From contig OZ251246.1 in the NCBI GenBank assembly GCA_965240325.2, positions 310,001 to 374,000 on the forward strand: 64,000 nt of DNA, written 5' to 3'. The notes under the pieces were generated by a model that saw nothing but the letters and a program-made list of their open reading frames with translations, was not told the DNA's origin and made no database searches. Of the stretch, positions 32,845 to 45,991 are shown one piece after another (position 1 is the stretch's first letter; every line of letters starts with the position of its first letter). The stretch is from Rebecca billardiae RCC1528 (Eukaryota; Protista; Haptophyta). A program made the translations under genes and the position numbers.

Positions 32845-35631
32845 TGAGCGGCGGCGGCGGCGGTGACGACGATCGGAGCGGCGCGGGCGGCGCGGGTGGC
32901 GGCGCCAGCCGTGCAGCCGCCGCCGCCCATTCGAGCCACCACCACAGCGCGGCAGCCGCGGCGTGCGGCGCAAAGACGCACCTGGCGAGCTCGGCTCCGA
33001 CCGACGTTGCGAGGCCGGTGGCTGCGGCCGAGCTTGACGCGCGCTCGGCGGCTGCGGCCGAGGCCGGCGTGTCGGCGTCGGCTCTCCCCGACGGCTCGTC
33101 GAGCACGGCGCAGCAGCCGCGGGTGCTCAGCCGAGCGCGGGCCGCGGCGGCGAGCGGCGCAGCAGCGAACGGCGTGTGCGCGAGCGCGAGCGCGCGCGCG
33201 CGCGCGGCCGCGCCCGTCGGCAATGCATCAGCCGGAGTCACCGCTGCTGATTCAGCGGGTGGCGCCGACGGCTCGCCGCCGGCGCCGGAGGCGAGCGCAG
33301 CGCCTGCGGCCGAGCCGGCGCGGGCGGGGCTGGTGCAGCCGACGGGGCAGCCGTGTGCGCCGGCGCCGAGCTCCATCCTCTCCGTGCTCCTCGACTCGGC
33401 CGCGCCGGCCGGCGACTCGGCCGCGCCGCCGGCCGGCCAGCCGGCCGCGCCGGCCGCGCGGCGCGCACCCATCTTAGCGCCCGCGGCGGCGGACGAGCGC
33501 GGCGGCGCGGCGGCGCGGGCTGTGGACGGCGGCGCCGCCGAGCGCGCGGCGCAGCACGGCGCTCGCCTCCCGCCGCCGCTTCCGCGCGCCGTGCCCCAAC
33601 TCTCGCGCCTCGCGCTCGGCTGCTGCCGAGCTCTCACCGAGTCGTGTGTTGACTCGCTCGCCGGTGCGCTGAGCGCGCTGCCGCGCCTCACGTCGCTCGA
33701 CCTCTCGCGGATCTCGGTGGTGCGAGATCGTCATCTCCCGGCGATCTCGGCGGCGTGCCCCGCGCTGCTCGACCTCGACCTCTCGCACACGCCGCTCGAG
33801 CGGCCGGCCGTGGCCTCGCGCTCGCTGCGGCAGCTGCGGCTGCTCGGCTGCGAGCGGCTAAGCGCGCCAACTGTTAACTGCCCACGGCTCGAAACTGCAT
33901 GCCTGGACGCGTGCGAGCGAATACAGGCGCTGGAGCTCGAGAGCGGCGCGCTGCGCGCGCTGCGGCTGGCAGAGTGCCACGCGCTCTCGAGCTTGCGGCT
34001 GGCGTGTGCGCGCGTGCGCGAGCTCGCCCTCTACCGATGCGACTGTATGCGCGAGCGCGCGCCGCAGCGCGCGCACCGACGCGCGACCGCGCGCGCCACC
34101 GCGCGCGACACAGCGCGCGACACAGCGCGACAAGATCGCAACAGCCGGAAAGCGCGTGGCAGCCTGACAGCGCGCGGCAGCGCGCCCATGATCGGAACCC
34201 CACGTGCTCTGCCCGCTGGGGCCGCGCGCGGCGCCCGCCAAGCATGCCCGCCCTTGCGCGCGCGCGCGCGCGCGGCGCGCTCACAGCGCGCGGCGCGTGC
34301 CAAGCGCTCACCGCTGTGCGACCGGCCTGGGCCCCGCCGCCCCGCGCGCGCGGCGCGCGCGGCGCGCAGTGCCCGCGCCGGCGCTGGCCGAGGTCGTGGC
34401 CACGCTCCCCGCCCTGACCAGCCTCGACGCCACCGGCGCCAATTCCCTCCGCGCGCTCAGTCTCGCGAGCTCATCGCTCCGCACGCTCGAGCTCAGCTGG
34501 TGCGCCGCACTCACGAAGCTTGAGCTGCGCTGCGGCGCGCTCGCGCGCGTGCGCGCGTACGGCTGCAAGCAGCTCGGCGCGGTCGGCGGCGAGTGCGCGG
34601 CGCTCGAGGCGCTGGAGGTGCGCGCGGCACGCGCCTCGGCGCCGGCGGGGCATCACCTGCTCAACGTGCCGCACTGCGCGGCTGCGGCTGGCTGCGCTTA
34701 GCACGAGTGCGGACCACACCCGCTGTCATCTCGCCGTCATCTCGGCTGCTCCTAGGCGGCGCGCGCGCGCGCGCGCGCGCGCGCGGCGTGCGTGCGTGGA
34801 CGCGCGCGCCTGCGCCTGCCCTCAAGCAGCGCAAGGGCAGAGCGGGGCCCAGCGGCCATGCCGTCCCCCCCCGGGGGCCGCGGGCGTGGGCGTGGGGGGG
34901 CCGATGCCGTGGGCGCGCGCGCGCGCGCGCGCCGGCTGACACGTGCCTCTGCTGCCCCCGGCCCTGCCCTCTCGCGCGCCTGCGCACGCGCGCGCCTCTG
35001 TTTGCGGGGCGCTCCGCTGCGTCTGCGGTTCCGCGGGCCACGCGCACCCCTCGGCGGCATGCCTGGTGCCGCCGCGCCGCCTCCGGCGCTGCGTCGCGCG
35101 CGCACCGCGGCGCACTGCGCGCATCGGCGCAACCAACAGCTGCAGAAGTGCGTGTCGCTGGGCGACGAGGGCCTGCGCGCGCTGCTGCGCGCGATGCCGT
35201 CGGTGCGTGTGCTCAACCTGTCGGCGTGCACCGCGCTGCGCGAGCCGCGCGTCGACGCGCCCGCCGCCGAGGCACTTCATCTCTACAACTGCACCGGGCT
35301 GCGCGGCCTGGAGCTAGCGTGCCCGCGGCTGCGCACGCTCAACCTCACGTACTGCGCGCAGCTCGCGGAGGTGCGGCTGGGCGCGGAACCGCCCGCCCAG
35401 CTCGAGTCGGCGCTGCTCGTCGGCTGCGCCCGCCTGCCCGACGCGCCAGTGCACGCCCTAGTAAAGGCCGCGGCTGCGGGCGCGGACGCGCTCGCCGTCG
35501 TCGACCTGCGCGGCTGCGCGGCGCTCGGCGCGCCGACGCTCGAGGCAGTGACGGCGCACTGCCAGCGCGTGCTCGCGGCGGCGACGGCCGCCGCCGCCGC
35601 GGCGGTGGCGGCGTCCGAGTGGAGTCAGTAG
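30793..35631 (+). CDS. Large cysteine-containing LRR protein (FBXL/AMN1-like); exons 30793-31968, 32241-34044, 34370-34617, 35140-35631
   Basis: Many LxxLDLSxCxxLTDxG repeats. Three GT-AG introns each restore the frame (GLQ|VLS, CD-T|TG-PAP, LE|LQKC). Confidence 0.85.
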
Positions 35632-36185
35632 GGACTCCGGAGGCGGTCCCAATCGCGGGTAAACAACTAATTATAAAAAAAGATGATGCCCGTTCATCCG
35701 TTGGCACGTGAAACAGACAAATTGCCGGTCGGGAGGTCGTACGGGTAGGTGGTGTTTGAGAACAAACTGCTCCGTCAAGTTGATAGGTAACGGTGATTAA
35801 ACAGCCAATACTCATCGGCTCCATAACCGCATCACATCAGTACAGCAGTAGTACAAGCGAGTCCTAGACACCACAATCTGGGTAAAACCATCGCTATCTC
35901 CGGCTGAGCTTGACGACTCGAGTACATAGTATTCATCAATCGCCAACCGAAACGGGGTACGGGATTGCGAGTAAGCGGTTGCACTGATGCCCCGATATCT
36001 GGAGATTCGCATCGAGCCCGCAGCCGCGCAAACGCCGTATCTCGCGTCAGGGTCACGAGTCTCCCTTGGCGCCAATCCCGCGCCCCCCCCCCCCCGGCCC
36101 GGAGTACCAACAGGCTTCGACGCACCCCGAGCCGCGGTGCCCCGGGTCGCCCACGTGAGCACAGCCGCTCGGTCGCGCGGGCAGC

Positions 36186-37559
36186 ATGGCGCAGCAGCCG
36201 CAGCCGGTGCGCGTCATCTTCCTCGACATCGACGGCGTCATCTGCTGCAACGCCTACGGCCGCCTCGAGGACTCGAAGCTCGAGATCCTCCGCTCGGTCG
36301 CGCAGAAGACCGGCGCGAAGATTGTGCTCTCGACCGATTGGCGCCGCGTGCCGCAGCTCAAGCAGCAGGTGATCCAGACGCTGAAGAACTACGGGATGAC
36401 GACGATCGGCGCGACCCCGTGCCGCCCCAACTGGCTCGCCGTCCGCCCCGAGGAGATCACCTCCTGGCTCAAGAGCTATCACTCGGCGCCGAATGCTCAC
36501 GAGAAGGGACCGATCCACCACTGGGTCGCGATCGACGACAGGCCGCTGCTGCAGGAGCAGGGCGGCGACGAGCTGCGCGGGCACTTTGTGCGCACGAAGC
36601 TCGCCGTCGGCATCACCGACCGCGTCGCGCAGCGCATGATCGAGATCCTCACCGGCCAGGACGCCGGCGACTCCTCCCCTGGCGGCACTGTGCGCGCACG
36701 GCGCGCGCGAGCGCGCGCGCGCACGCGACCGACCGACGGACCCGAAAGCGGAGCGGCGCGCGCGCGGCGTGCTTCGTGCGTGCGCGCGCGTGTGTCGCGG
36801 GCCTCCCTCCGCCCCGATCGGCCCTCTCTCGCGTGCGCGCGCGTGCTCATTCCTGACCGCCGCCGCGCCGCGCCGCCCGCGCCGTGCGCGCGCCGCCTGC
36901 TCCGCCCTTAGCTGCTTGGCCGAACCAACTTCAACACGACCGATCCGGCCCCCTCGCTGCACACGCCGCCGGCCGCGCGGCTGACGAGCACGATCGGCGC
37001 GACGCCCTCCCCGCCGATGGGCGGCGCGCGCTCGGCGTACAGCTCGACGATGGGCGGTTACTCGACGCCGCCGCCGCCGGACATGCTGAGTGGGGCCGGC
37101 GCCGGCGCCGGCGCCGGCGCCGGCCCCGGCGAGAGCGTCGGGCACCTCGGCTCGTACAAGCCGGCCGGCGTGGGCGCGACGCGATCGTACGCACTCGGCC
37201 GCACGCCGCCCGCGGCCTTCAGCTCGACGCCCGCCGGCGCGGCGAGCGTCAACGCGAAGCGGCCCGGCGTGGTGGGTACGCCGCAAGCCGGCCGCCCCGG
37301 CGCCGCGGGCTCGCCCTCGTCTGGGCGCGGCGTCGGCACCCCGCCCGGCGGCCGCTCGGCTTCGGTCGGTCGGTCGCCGGCGCACGTGAGCTCGGCGGTG
37401 CACGGGCAGTGGTACAACACGCACCGCAACGCCGCCAGCCCGCTTGGCGCGGGTGGCGGCGCCGGCGCGTACGGCGCGCGCGGCGGCACGCTCGCTTCAT
37501 CCTATGCTGGGGGGGGCGGCGGCATGGCGGCGGGCTCGCGCCCGCGCTATGCGCACTGA
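36186..37559 (+). CDS. HAD-superfamily phosphatase (HAD_SAK_2-type) with low-complexity tail; intron 36690-36911
   Basis: VIFLDIDGV (motif I), KIVLSTDWR and WVAIDD. A phase-0 GT...TTAG intron joins it to the 37017-37559 frame. Confidence 0.85.
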
Positions 37560-38553
37560 GCTGAGGTGCTGCATCAGCCAGCATGCACATTCGCGCGCTG
37601 CCGCCGTGAGGCGCGCAGCGCGCGCGCGCGGGCGCGCGCGCCGGCCGCACGCCTTGCGCCCGGCGCGGCGCCGGCGCGTGGCGGGGCGCGCAGGTTGGCG
37701 GTGTGTGCGCGCGCCGGCTTGCGGCTGGCGCGCCGCGCGCCCGACCTCGTGCCCACGCGACAGCATGCCGCGCGCACGCGCGGAACCGGCAGGCCCCCGC
37801 CACCCCAGCGGCGCGCGCGGGCGCGCGCGGCGGACGCGGTGACGCGTCCGCCGGCGCGCTCGGCGGCGGGCGGGGCCGGCCGACTCGTCGCGCCGTGCAC
37901 TCGAGCGGGCGCGCGCGAGAGCGCGCGCTCGGCCCGAGGGTGCCGCGGCTGCCTCGGTTGCAGTCGCCGGCAGCCGGGCGCCCGGCCCCGGTCGGCGCGC
38001 ACGACGGCGATGAGCGATCACACCATCAGGCAGCACCGTTGCTGCCGTGCTGCTGGGACGGCGCTGCAGGCCGCCGCGCGGCTTCGCGCGCCGCCAGCGT
38101 CGACGGTGGCACACCACCACGCGTGAGCGAATGGGTGCCACCGAGCCGCGACTGTCTGAAACCGCAACTGTCCGAAGTGACTGAGCACTCCGAGCGGACC
38201 CGCGGCGCGACGCGGCGAGGCCGTCCCGTCCCCGTGACGGCCTTCCCGGCGGCCTTCCGCAACATGAGTCAGTCACCACCGTCCGTCATCAGTGGCACTG
38301 GCGAGTCAATCGGACACGATTCAGCGGGTACGACGTGTAGGGCCGATCAAGTCGTCGTAATCCCGGTGATGATGAGCTTTTTAGTACTTTTTAGCATCAG
38401 TGAGCTTTGACTCAGCTTTCCAGACTCAACGGCGGGAGTCGTCATGATTGTAACAGCAGATTCGTCAGCGGTTCCATCGCGTCAAACATTTGTTTTCGCC
38501 TGCTTCTTGCCTTTCTTCCGTCAAAATTGCATGGACTCGTTCGGAAAAGAAGT

Positions 38554-39144
38554 ATGGAGCGCTCGTTGGAACTTATTGAGCCCGGTTTGGCGCCCACGCG
38601 GCGAGGGCGACGACGGGCGTACACGGGGCCCGCGGCGGCGGGAAGCGCACGGGCGTGGCCGAGAACGGCACGGCCCGGACGCCTCTTGCCAGCTGCGGAC
38701 GCGCACCGCGCCTCCTCCTCGCACCCTAATTCAAGTTCCATGGCTGTGTCAAGGTTCGGCTTGCGACATCACCGCTGGTGCTTGCAAGAAGGTACACGAG
38801 TTGGTCGAACTCCCGCGCGCCCGCTCTGCGCTTGTCGACGCCCTCTGAAGGCGACTCGGGGGGCATGCGGGGCAGTGGAATGCAGTGGGTCGGCACTTTG
38901 ACCCTCAGTCGTCCAGCGCGCAGGGCACGTGCACGGCTCGGCGAGTAGCGCGGATGAGTGGTGCCGCCGGCATGGCCCGGTAATGCGGTCGCGACATGTC
39001 TGCCTGGTCTACCCAAGGCCTGCCGCACCACGAAGCGAGCGCTCAGGAGCGTGTGCCGAGCGTGCCAGCCCTGCCGATGGGGCACTTCGCCGGGAAATGC
39101 GGGGTCAAGTTCCACCGCGGCTCAAGTTCCAACGAGCGCTCCAT
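38554..39144. mobile_element. MITE-like element with 21-bp TIRs
   Basis: ATGGAGCGCTCGTTGGAACTT (38554-38574) and AAGTTCCAACGAGCGCTCCAT (39124-39144). Internal TCAAGTTCCA copies at ~38731 and ~39105. TSD ambiguous (possibly AT). Confidence 0.7.
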
Positions 39145-39587
39145 TCTGCGCGCTTCTGGCTCGATCTGCAATTGGCCATAATTGAAATTGCCGACCGCTG
39201 GGCGCTGGCGCTGGGTGTGACAGCGTGGCCTCGCGGTCGCCTGGGTGTGAGCCAGTGGCTCAAAGGCTCACCGCATCGGACGACACGGTCCCGACTGGCT
39301 GAGCGACGGCAGAGACCCTGCGCCAAGCAGCGGCTCTTCCGCGCAGCATCCTTCCCCGCATGCTGCCCACCTTCTCCCCTTGGCCGCGCACCCCTCGCCG
39401 GAGACCGTCATTGACTGAACTGTTGACTGCCAGCGTGACACAAATCACAATCTCCGCCCTCCGCCCGGGCGCGGGGCGGGCGCGCGCGAGACAGGCCGGC
39501 GCAGCGGCCATCGGCCGAGGCGTCAGCCCGAGTGAGTGAGACAAGGGTGTCGAGAGACACCAGAGTGTTTTTCTTGGGTGACGGTGT

Positions 39588-40221
<634 letters not shown>

Positions 40222-41147
40222 TCACCTCGTTGGGAGTGAAGGCTGTGAGGTGAGCCGCCGCGCCTGCGCACGGCTTTTCAGCTTCGGCGGCCCACCCGTC
40301 GTCACCTGTCATCACCGAGCGGGAGGGCGAGGCGCCCAGTCATTCAAAGTTGTCCGGGAAGGAAACGTGTCCGGTCCTTTCACCCGCTGGCGCGACGCCG
40401 AATGGGCGGCCGCCCGTTGGCCAGGGCGACGGGAGAGCTGGCCAGCTGCGTCCGATCAGCCGCGCGGCGGCCGGGACCGCGCTGCGCGTGGCCGGGCAAG
40501 CTCGCGCGCGTTCACTGCCACCTCGCGGCCACAAAACGCTCGTGCACTTGTCGGCAGCAGCTGCTGCGCTGCTCTGCTATGCTGTGGCTCGGACCTGCAA
40601 AGCTGCGAGCTCGAGCGCCGTCCTTGTGTGCCTTCCGCAGCTCGCACGTCGCTTGGGTGCATCGACCAAGTACCCACATGCCATGTCTCTGCCAGCCACC
40701 CGCATATGCGTCAACTGCGCGCGCAGGGCCGTTGAGGCCACGCGTTCCGGCTTGCTCTCCCTGACTCGCGTGGACAGCATGTAAGCCCCGACTGCGTGTG
40801 CCTCCGCCCTGATGCGCGAGTGGCTTCAGGCCGGGCTCATGCCTTGGCGCGCCGACGGGTCACGAGCCCCGAACTGTCCAACTGTCCAAAGGCCCTGCGT
40901 TTTAGGCCTCTCCACGCATGCGCATGCCGGCGCGCGTTGAACTAAGCGGTCCTACGTACACACGGTACGACGCGTGCGGCAGCCATTGTGCGCGCGCGCA
41001 AATCACTCGCGTCAGTTTTCCGCCGCCGGCCAACGCCCAGCTGCCGCGTGGGCGAGCTGCATCGGCCGCGGCGTCCACGCCGCGGCGCGCCGGCGCGGGC
41101 GCCCCCCGCGGAGCGGCTGGCTGCGCCCGGCCCTACCCGAGCCGCCC

Positions 41148-43577
41148 ATGCCGCCGCGCAAGACGCCCTCGTTCTCCCTGCCCGGCGCCGGCGCGGACGA
41201 CGCGGCGGCTGCGGACGGCGCGCACGAGCGCGCCGAGTTTGCCTCGCTGCCGAGCTCGGTGAGCGGCGAGCGCGAGGCGCGCGCCGACGGCGCGGCGGAG
41301 CTGTCCGCCGCGTTCGGCACCAGCGGCGAGTTCGACGCGCGCGAGATGCTCGACGCGGTCACCGCGCTCCGCGAGAGGCTTGAGAATTCTCGGCGGAAGC
41401 TGACCAAGGCTCGCGACGTGAACGCGAGCCTGATCAAGGAGAACGCGAAGCTCGAGTCGGAGCTGGAGGAGCAGATGACGCTGGTCGCGCGCCTCGAGCG
41501 CCGCCCCATCCGCGGCGGCGCCTCCGGCGGCGGCCCCGCCGTGCCGAGCGCGCCGCCGGGCGTACAGCTGCTCGCGAACGACGACGACGTCGCGCTCGCC
41601 GACTTTGACGACGAGCTCGACATCGTTGACGAAACCGGCGGCGGCGGGCGCGAGCGCGGGTGGCTGGGCGCGCTGCGCAGCCTCGCCAAGCGCGCGCGGC
41701 GCGGCGCGCGCAAGCTCGAGGCGCGCCTCGTGCGCGCGCTGCCGATCACGCGCGACGTGCAATTACTGACGACGCGCTATGGCGCGAGCATGTCCGTTTA
41801 TTTTTCTTTTTGTGCGTGGCTCGAGCTGACGCAGCTGGCGCAGCTGCTCGTGATGTGCCCGCTGCTGCTCAAGCACGTCGTCGACGCGGCGGCGGGCTCG
41901 CTGCCCGCCTCCGCGCAGTACGCCGGCCTCGGCTTCACCTGGCCCGTCCATTACTCATCATTTACCCGCGCGGATGGCGCGCTCTATTCGGCCGCGCTCG
42001 CAGGCAGCGTCGTGCTCGTCGTCGTCTCGTCGGCGCGCAAGTACGTCGCGGAGCGGCGCGCGGCGCAGTACATCGAGGTGTACGGGCTCGGCGCGGACCG
42101 GATGAAGTTCGCGCGCACCGTCATGTCCGGCTGGGACCTCGGCGTCGACTCGGACATCGCCCAGTGGGAGCATCAGGCGGATTTTGCCGACCGGCTGCGG
42201 CTTCTGGTGGCGGAGTCGGAGCGAGCGGAGCGCATCGCCGCGCGCTCGGCGGGCGAGCGGAACATGCTCCGCGCGCGGCGGCTCGTGGGCATCCTGCTCT
42301 CCGCGGCGTTCACCGGCGCCTCCTGGGCCGCGATCATCTCGCTCCAGCTCAACGGCCGCGCGATCAGCGCCGGACTCGAGGGCCTCGGCACCGGACTTTC
42401 GGTGCTCGCCGACTTCGCCGTGCCGGTCGCCGTCTCCGCCGTCAACGTGTCGCTGCCGCCGTTCGCGATGCTCGTGACGCGCTTCGAGCGGTGCGTCGGG
42501 CGCGGCGCACCGCGAACACGCTCGCATGTCGCCGCCGTGCCACGCGCTGCGTGCTGTGCGCCGCCGGCGACGCGCCAAGCGCTGCGCAGCGCGCGCCGCG
42601 CGCCAACGCCGTGCGCTCATGCGCGCGTCCGGTGTCGCGCGCCCGCGCCGCGGCCTCGCAGCTGGGACAACCCGGCGACGGCGCTGCGGCTGCAGGTCTT
42701 CCGGCTGTACGCGGGCAAGGTGCTCAACCTGCTGATCAACGTCGCCGGCTACGGGATCCTGGTGGCGAGCCAGGCGGCGCAGACGCCCGGCTCGCTCACG
42801 CTCGGCGGCGGTCTGGAGGTGAGTTTAGTCGAGCCGAGTACTGAGCGGTACGGCTGTGTGGAGAACCAGGTGGGCGCGTCGCTGCTCTTCTTCGTCGGCG
42901 TCGAGTTCGTCGTGGACAAGGCCGTGTCGATCGGCAAGGCGCTCGCGCGCCGGTACGCGCTCCCCCGGATCACCGGCGCGCCGTGGTCGCGCGAGCCTTT
43001 TCCGATCGCGCAGAAAGTCATCAATTTGATTTATTTCCAGGCGCTGCTGTGGCTCTGCCTGCCATACTTTCCGTTCGTCGCACTCGTCGGGCCGCTCGCG
43101 CTGCACGCGACGTTCAAGTTCGACGCGGAGCTGCTCCGCCGCGCGATGGCGAAGCCTTCGGAGGCGTGGTCGGCCGACGCCGTCGGCGCGTTTTTCTTCC
43201 GGCTCTATTTTCTGACGCTCGGCGTGGCGCTCGCGTGGGTGGGCTTCTTTCTTCGCGCAAGCCTCGCGCACACGTGCGGCCCTCACGTAGGGCTCGCGGA
43301 CGCGTGGAGCGCGATCGAGGCGTACCTGAACGCCATCCCGCTGCTCTCGGACATCTACGCGCTGCTCATCAACGCGCTGCTGCTCTGGGTCGTGATCGCG
43401 ATCTTCTGGGTGCGCGGCTCCACACGGGAGTCGCTCACCGAGACGCTGCAGGAGTATGCGGACGTGCGCGTGTCGCAGCTGACGCAGCAGTACCGCATGC
43501 TCGACGCGCGCGCGCGGCAGCAGGAGCGGCAGCTCGCGCTGTACAAGCGGCAGGCGCTCGGCACGAAGCGAAGATAG
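41148..43577 (+). CDS. Transmembrane channel-like (TMC) protein; intron 42491-42661
   Basis: YGASMSVYFSF, FARTVMSGWD, VTRFER|WD, TMC signature CVENQVG, FPIAQKVINLIYFQALLW and CGPH. N-terminal coiled coil. Confidence 0.88.
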   Translation: MPPRKTPSFSLPGAGADDAAAADGAHERAEFASLPSSVSGEREARADGAAELSAAFGTSGEFDAREMLDAVTALRERLENSRRKLTKARDVNASLIKENAKLESELEEQMTLVARLERRPIRGGASGGGPAVPSAPPGVQLLANDDDVALADFDDELDIVDETGGGGRERGWLGALRSLAKRARRGARKLEARLVRALPITRDVQLLTTRYGASMSVYFSFCAWLELTQLAQLLVMCPLLLKHVVDAAAGSLPASAQYAGLGFTWPVHYSSFTRADGALYSAALAGSVVLVVVSSARKYVAERRAAQYIEVYGLGADRMKFARTVMSGWDLGVDSDIAQWEHQADFADRLRLLVAESERAERIAARSAGERNMLRARRLVGILLSAAFTGASWAAIISLQLNGRAISAGLEGLGTGLSVLADFAVPVAVSAVNVSLPPFAMLVTRFERCVGRGAPRTRSHVAAVPRAACCAPPATRQALRSARRAPTPCAHARVRCRAPAPRPRSWDNPATALRLQVFRLYAGKVLNLLINVAGYGILVASQAAQTPGSLTLGGGLEVSLVEPSTERYGCVENQVGASLLFFVGVEFVVDKAVSIGKALARRYALPRITGAPWSREPFPIAQKVINLIYFQALLWLCLPYFPFVALVGPLALHATFKFDAELLRRAMAKPSEAWSADAVGAFFFRLYFLTLGVALAWVGFFLRASLAHTCGPHVGLADAWSAIEAYLNAIPLLSDIYALLINALLLWVVIAIFWVRGSTRESLTETLQEYADVRVSQLTQQYRMLDARARQQERQLALYKRQALGTKRR

Positions 43578-43658
43578 CACGGACCGGCGCGCGACAATGG
43601 CTGCCGTGTCCGTGAGCTCAGCACTCCGCCCGCCTCCGCGCTGCCCATCAGGCATCAC

Positions 43659-44928
43659 GGCTCCGGCTTCGGTTGACCCCTGCCAGTCCGGTCATAGAAA
43701 CCGGGCGTACCGAAAATGAAAACGACCTTCGCGAGGTCGCACGGAGGCGGAGCTGCGCCCTCGTGCCTGTGTCTTTAAATCATAGAATTGGTCGAAGGCT
43801 TGCTGGACTCGGGCTGGCGTGCTGAGCGCGAATCCGCACCGTTTGCCGCGATCGCTTGTTTTTACACGGCGTCAGAGCCCGAATTTCACCATTTCTACTG
43901 GGAGTCCGGGTACTTTTGCCCACTGCCATGGTGGTGCGGGCGCGACGTGCGCAGCGTGTTCGACGCCGACGTCTCGGACGAACAGCTGCGAGCTACTCTT
44001 GGCGAACGCGATGCCGAGCACCTCCTGGCGGTCGCGCGTGACCTCGCGATCGTGCACACGGTGGACACCACCACCGACCGCCGCCTGCGCAGCGGCGCCG
44101 CCACAGCTGCAGCCAATCTGCTCGACTCGCTCGTGCCGGAGTTGTGGATCGCCATCGAGGTGAAGCCGCAGCGTCGGTTCGGGAGGCGGCGCGCGGGCGA
44201 CGTCGAGGACCAGTGGCTCCGCCAGGGCTACTGGATCGCGCGCACCGTGGACGCAGGCGACGGCTCGTGCATTGTCAAGAAGTTCCAGGTGGCCGGCTCC
44301 CTTGACAACGTGTCGTTTGCAGCCAACGAGGCCGCGGTGGCCATCAAGTGGTGGGACCGCATCCCGGACGACGCGAGCGGGCTCTCGTTTGCCGAATGGG
44401 ACGCAGTTGCCGCTGGGAACGACGGCGACACGCGCTTCATCGTCAACTCCAGCAACATCCGCGGCGTTGTCGAGCTCACGCCCGTGCAACCGATCACGCC
44501 GGCTTTCAGCGGCGCCCCAGCACGCGGCACGAGGCGGAGGCACGCGGCAGCGGCGGCGGAGCGGCCGCGCCCAGCGGTGTACCAGCTGAGCGAGGAGCGG
44601 CACAATGCTCTCCGCGCGCAGCTGACCAACCAGAGCGCGCTCGCGAGTGCGGGGCGGTGAGCTGTGACATCACTGTCTGAATACAAGTTCCGTCAGAGAT
44701 ACCCATGTTAATATACAGTTACCCATGTTTCGGATTTCGGTCGCATTTTTGTATGTGTCACTTATAAAAATGAGTCTGAATCCTATTGGGAGGTGGGTGT
44801 ATGCTCAATGTCGCTTGGAAGTCATCAATCGGGGGTCGGGAGGGACCCGGCTATATGGTCCGCTCGAGTGACTTCGACTCGGTTCTCAGAATGCCCGCCA
44901 CTGGCAGGGGTCAACCGAATCCGGAGCC
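43659..44928. mobile_element. Internally deleted DNA transposon, 29-bp TIRs, 4-bp TSD
   Basis: GGCTCCGGCTTCGGTTGACCCCTGCCAGT (43659-43687) versus ACTGGCAGGGGTCAACCGAATCCGGAGCC (44900-44928), 1 mismatch. TCAC duplicated at 43655-43658 and 44929-44932. Confidence 0.9.
43788..44660 (+). pseudogene. 5'-truncated ORF inside the TIR element; probable transposase C-terminal remnant
   Basis: 290 codons, no ATG start, protein-like composition (FHHFYW, WIAIEV, YWIARTV, VAIKWWDR). Lies wholly within the TIRs. Confidence 0.55.
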
Positions 44929-45737
44929 TCACATCGAGCTCGGCCCGGTCACCGACACCGGCTGAGACTCGCGAAGACTTCGCACAGCGGCATCGGTCCC
45001 TGCTGTGCTGCCACATCCGCCCTCGGAGAGCGCTAGATCGGAGCGGGCTCGGCCATAGTATCAAGTATGTAGGGTCTCGCCCGAGCACGTTGAGCCATCA
45101 AAGCCATGTTGCCTGTCGGCCGGGCGGCGGCAGCCATTGCTCGACGCTCGTCACCGTGAGTCCCATTCCCCACCGCCTGCTGACGAAGTCCTAGAGTAGT
45201 ACAGCCTGCCCGGGAGAAGCCAGCCGGGGGCTGACCTTGGGCAGCAGCCATACATGCAGGCCAGCATGAGCGGCGGGGTGGCATCAGAGCCGGCCCCGGC
45301 CCGCAAACGCAAACAGCCGGACGCCCCGGCCCACACAGCTGATGCGCCAGCAAACCCTGCTCCGGGCCACAGAACCCTGCCGCCGGCTTTGAGGCCGACA
45401 CGCCACACTGGGGCACATATCACCTGAGGGCCGGGCCTTCTGTGTGATAAGCTACCCCAGTCATGCCGCTTGATACACACCTTCCCCAACTGACAGTGGG
45501 GCTCTACATTCCCTACTACATCCTCATCCTGTCGGCGCGCTGTCGCATCGGCGCCCAGTCGGCGAGTTCGGACGACGACGTTTTGTGGACGACGGTGGGG
45601 CGAGGACGACGGGCGCTGGCGCGCCGCGAGGCGGCCGCAGCCCTCATCCAGGCCTCGCAGGCGGACGGCTGAACGAATTTTTCCGGCGGCGCTACCATCG
45701 GCGACGGCTTCATGGGCGGTGACAGTTGGCGGGCGTC

Positions 45738-45786
45738 AATCTCACCTGCCTGAGCTGTGTGCGTCTCTTATTCTTAGTAAACTGTA
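45738..45786 (+). repeat. Dispersed short element, copy 2
   Basis: AATCTCACCTGCCTGAGCTGTGTGCGTCTCTTATTCTTAGTAAACTGTA; aligns with 17689-17760. Confidence 0.65.
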
Positions 45787-45991
45787 GAGTCGTCCTGACC
45801 ACCGGCTGAAAGCGGAAGCCGGAAAGCACTCGCAGTTTAGGGAAGAGCGCCCAAATCTGCCTCAAAGGCTTTTCGCCTGGTCCCTGCTGGTGCGGCTGGG
45901 CCGCTGGGGAGGAAGTGAGGAACGGGCGCGGTCTGGCGGACGTCACGTCGTGGATTCCCGCACGACGCGCTCGTCCTCCGGCCTCGAGGCG

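Noticed and set aside
43659-44928. Fanzor/TnpB-type RNA-guided nuclease element
   Set aside because: The ORF shows no RuvC motifs or CxxC zinc finger.
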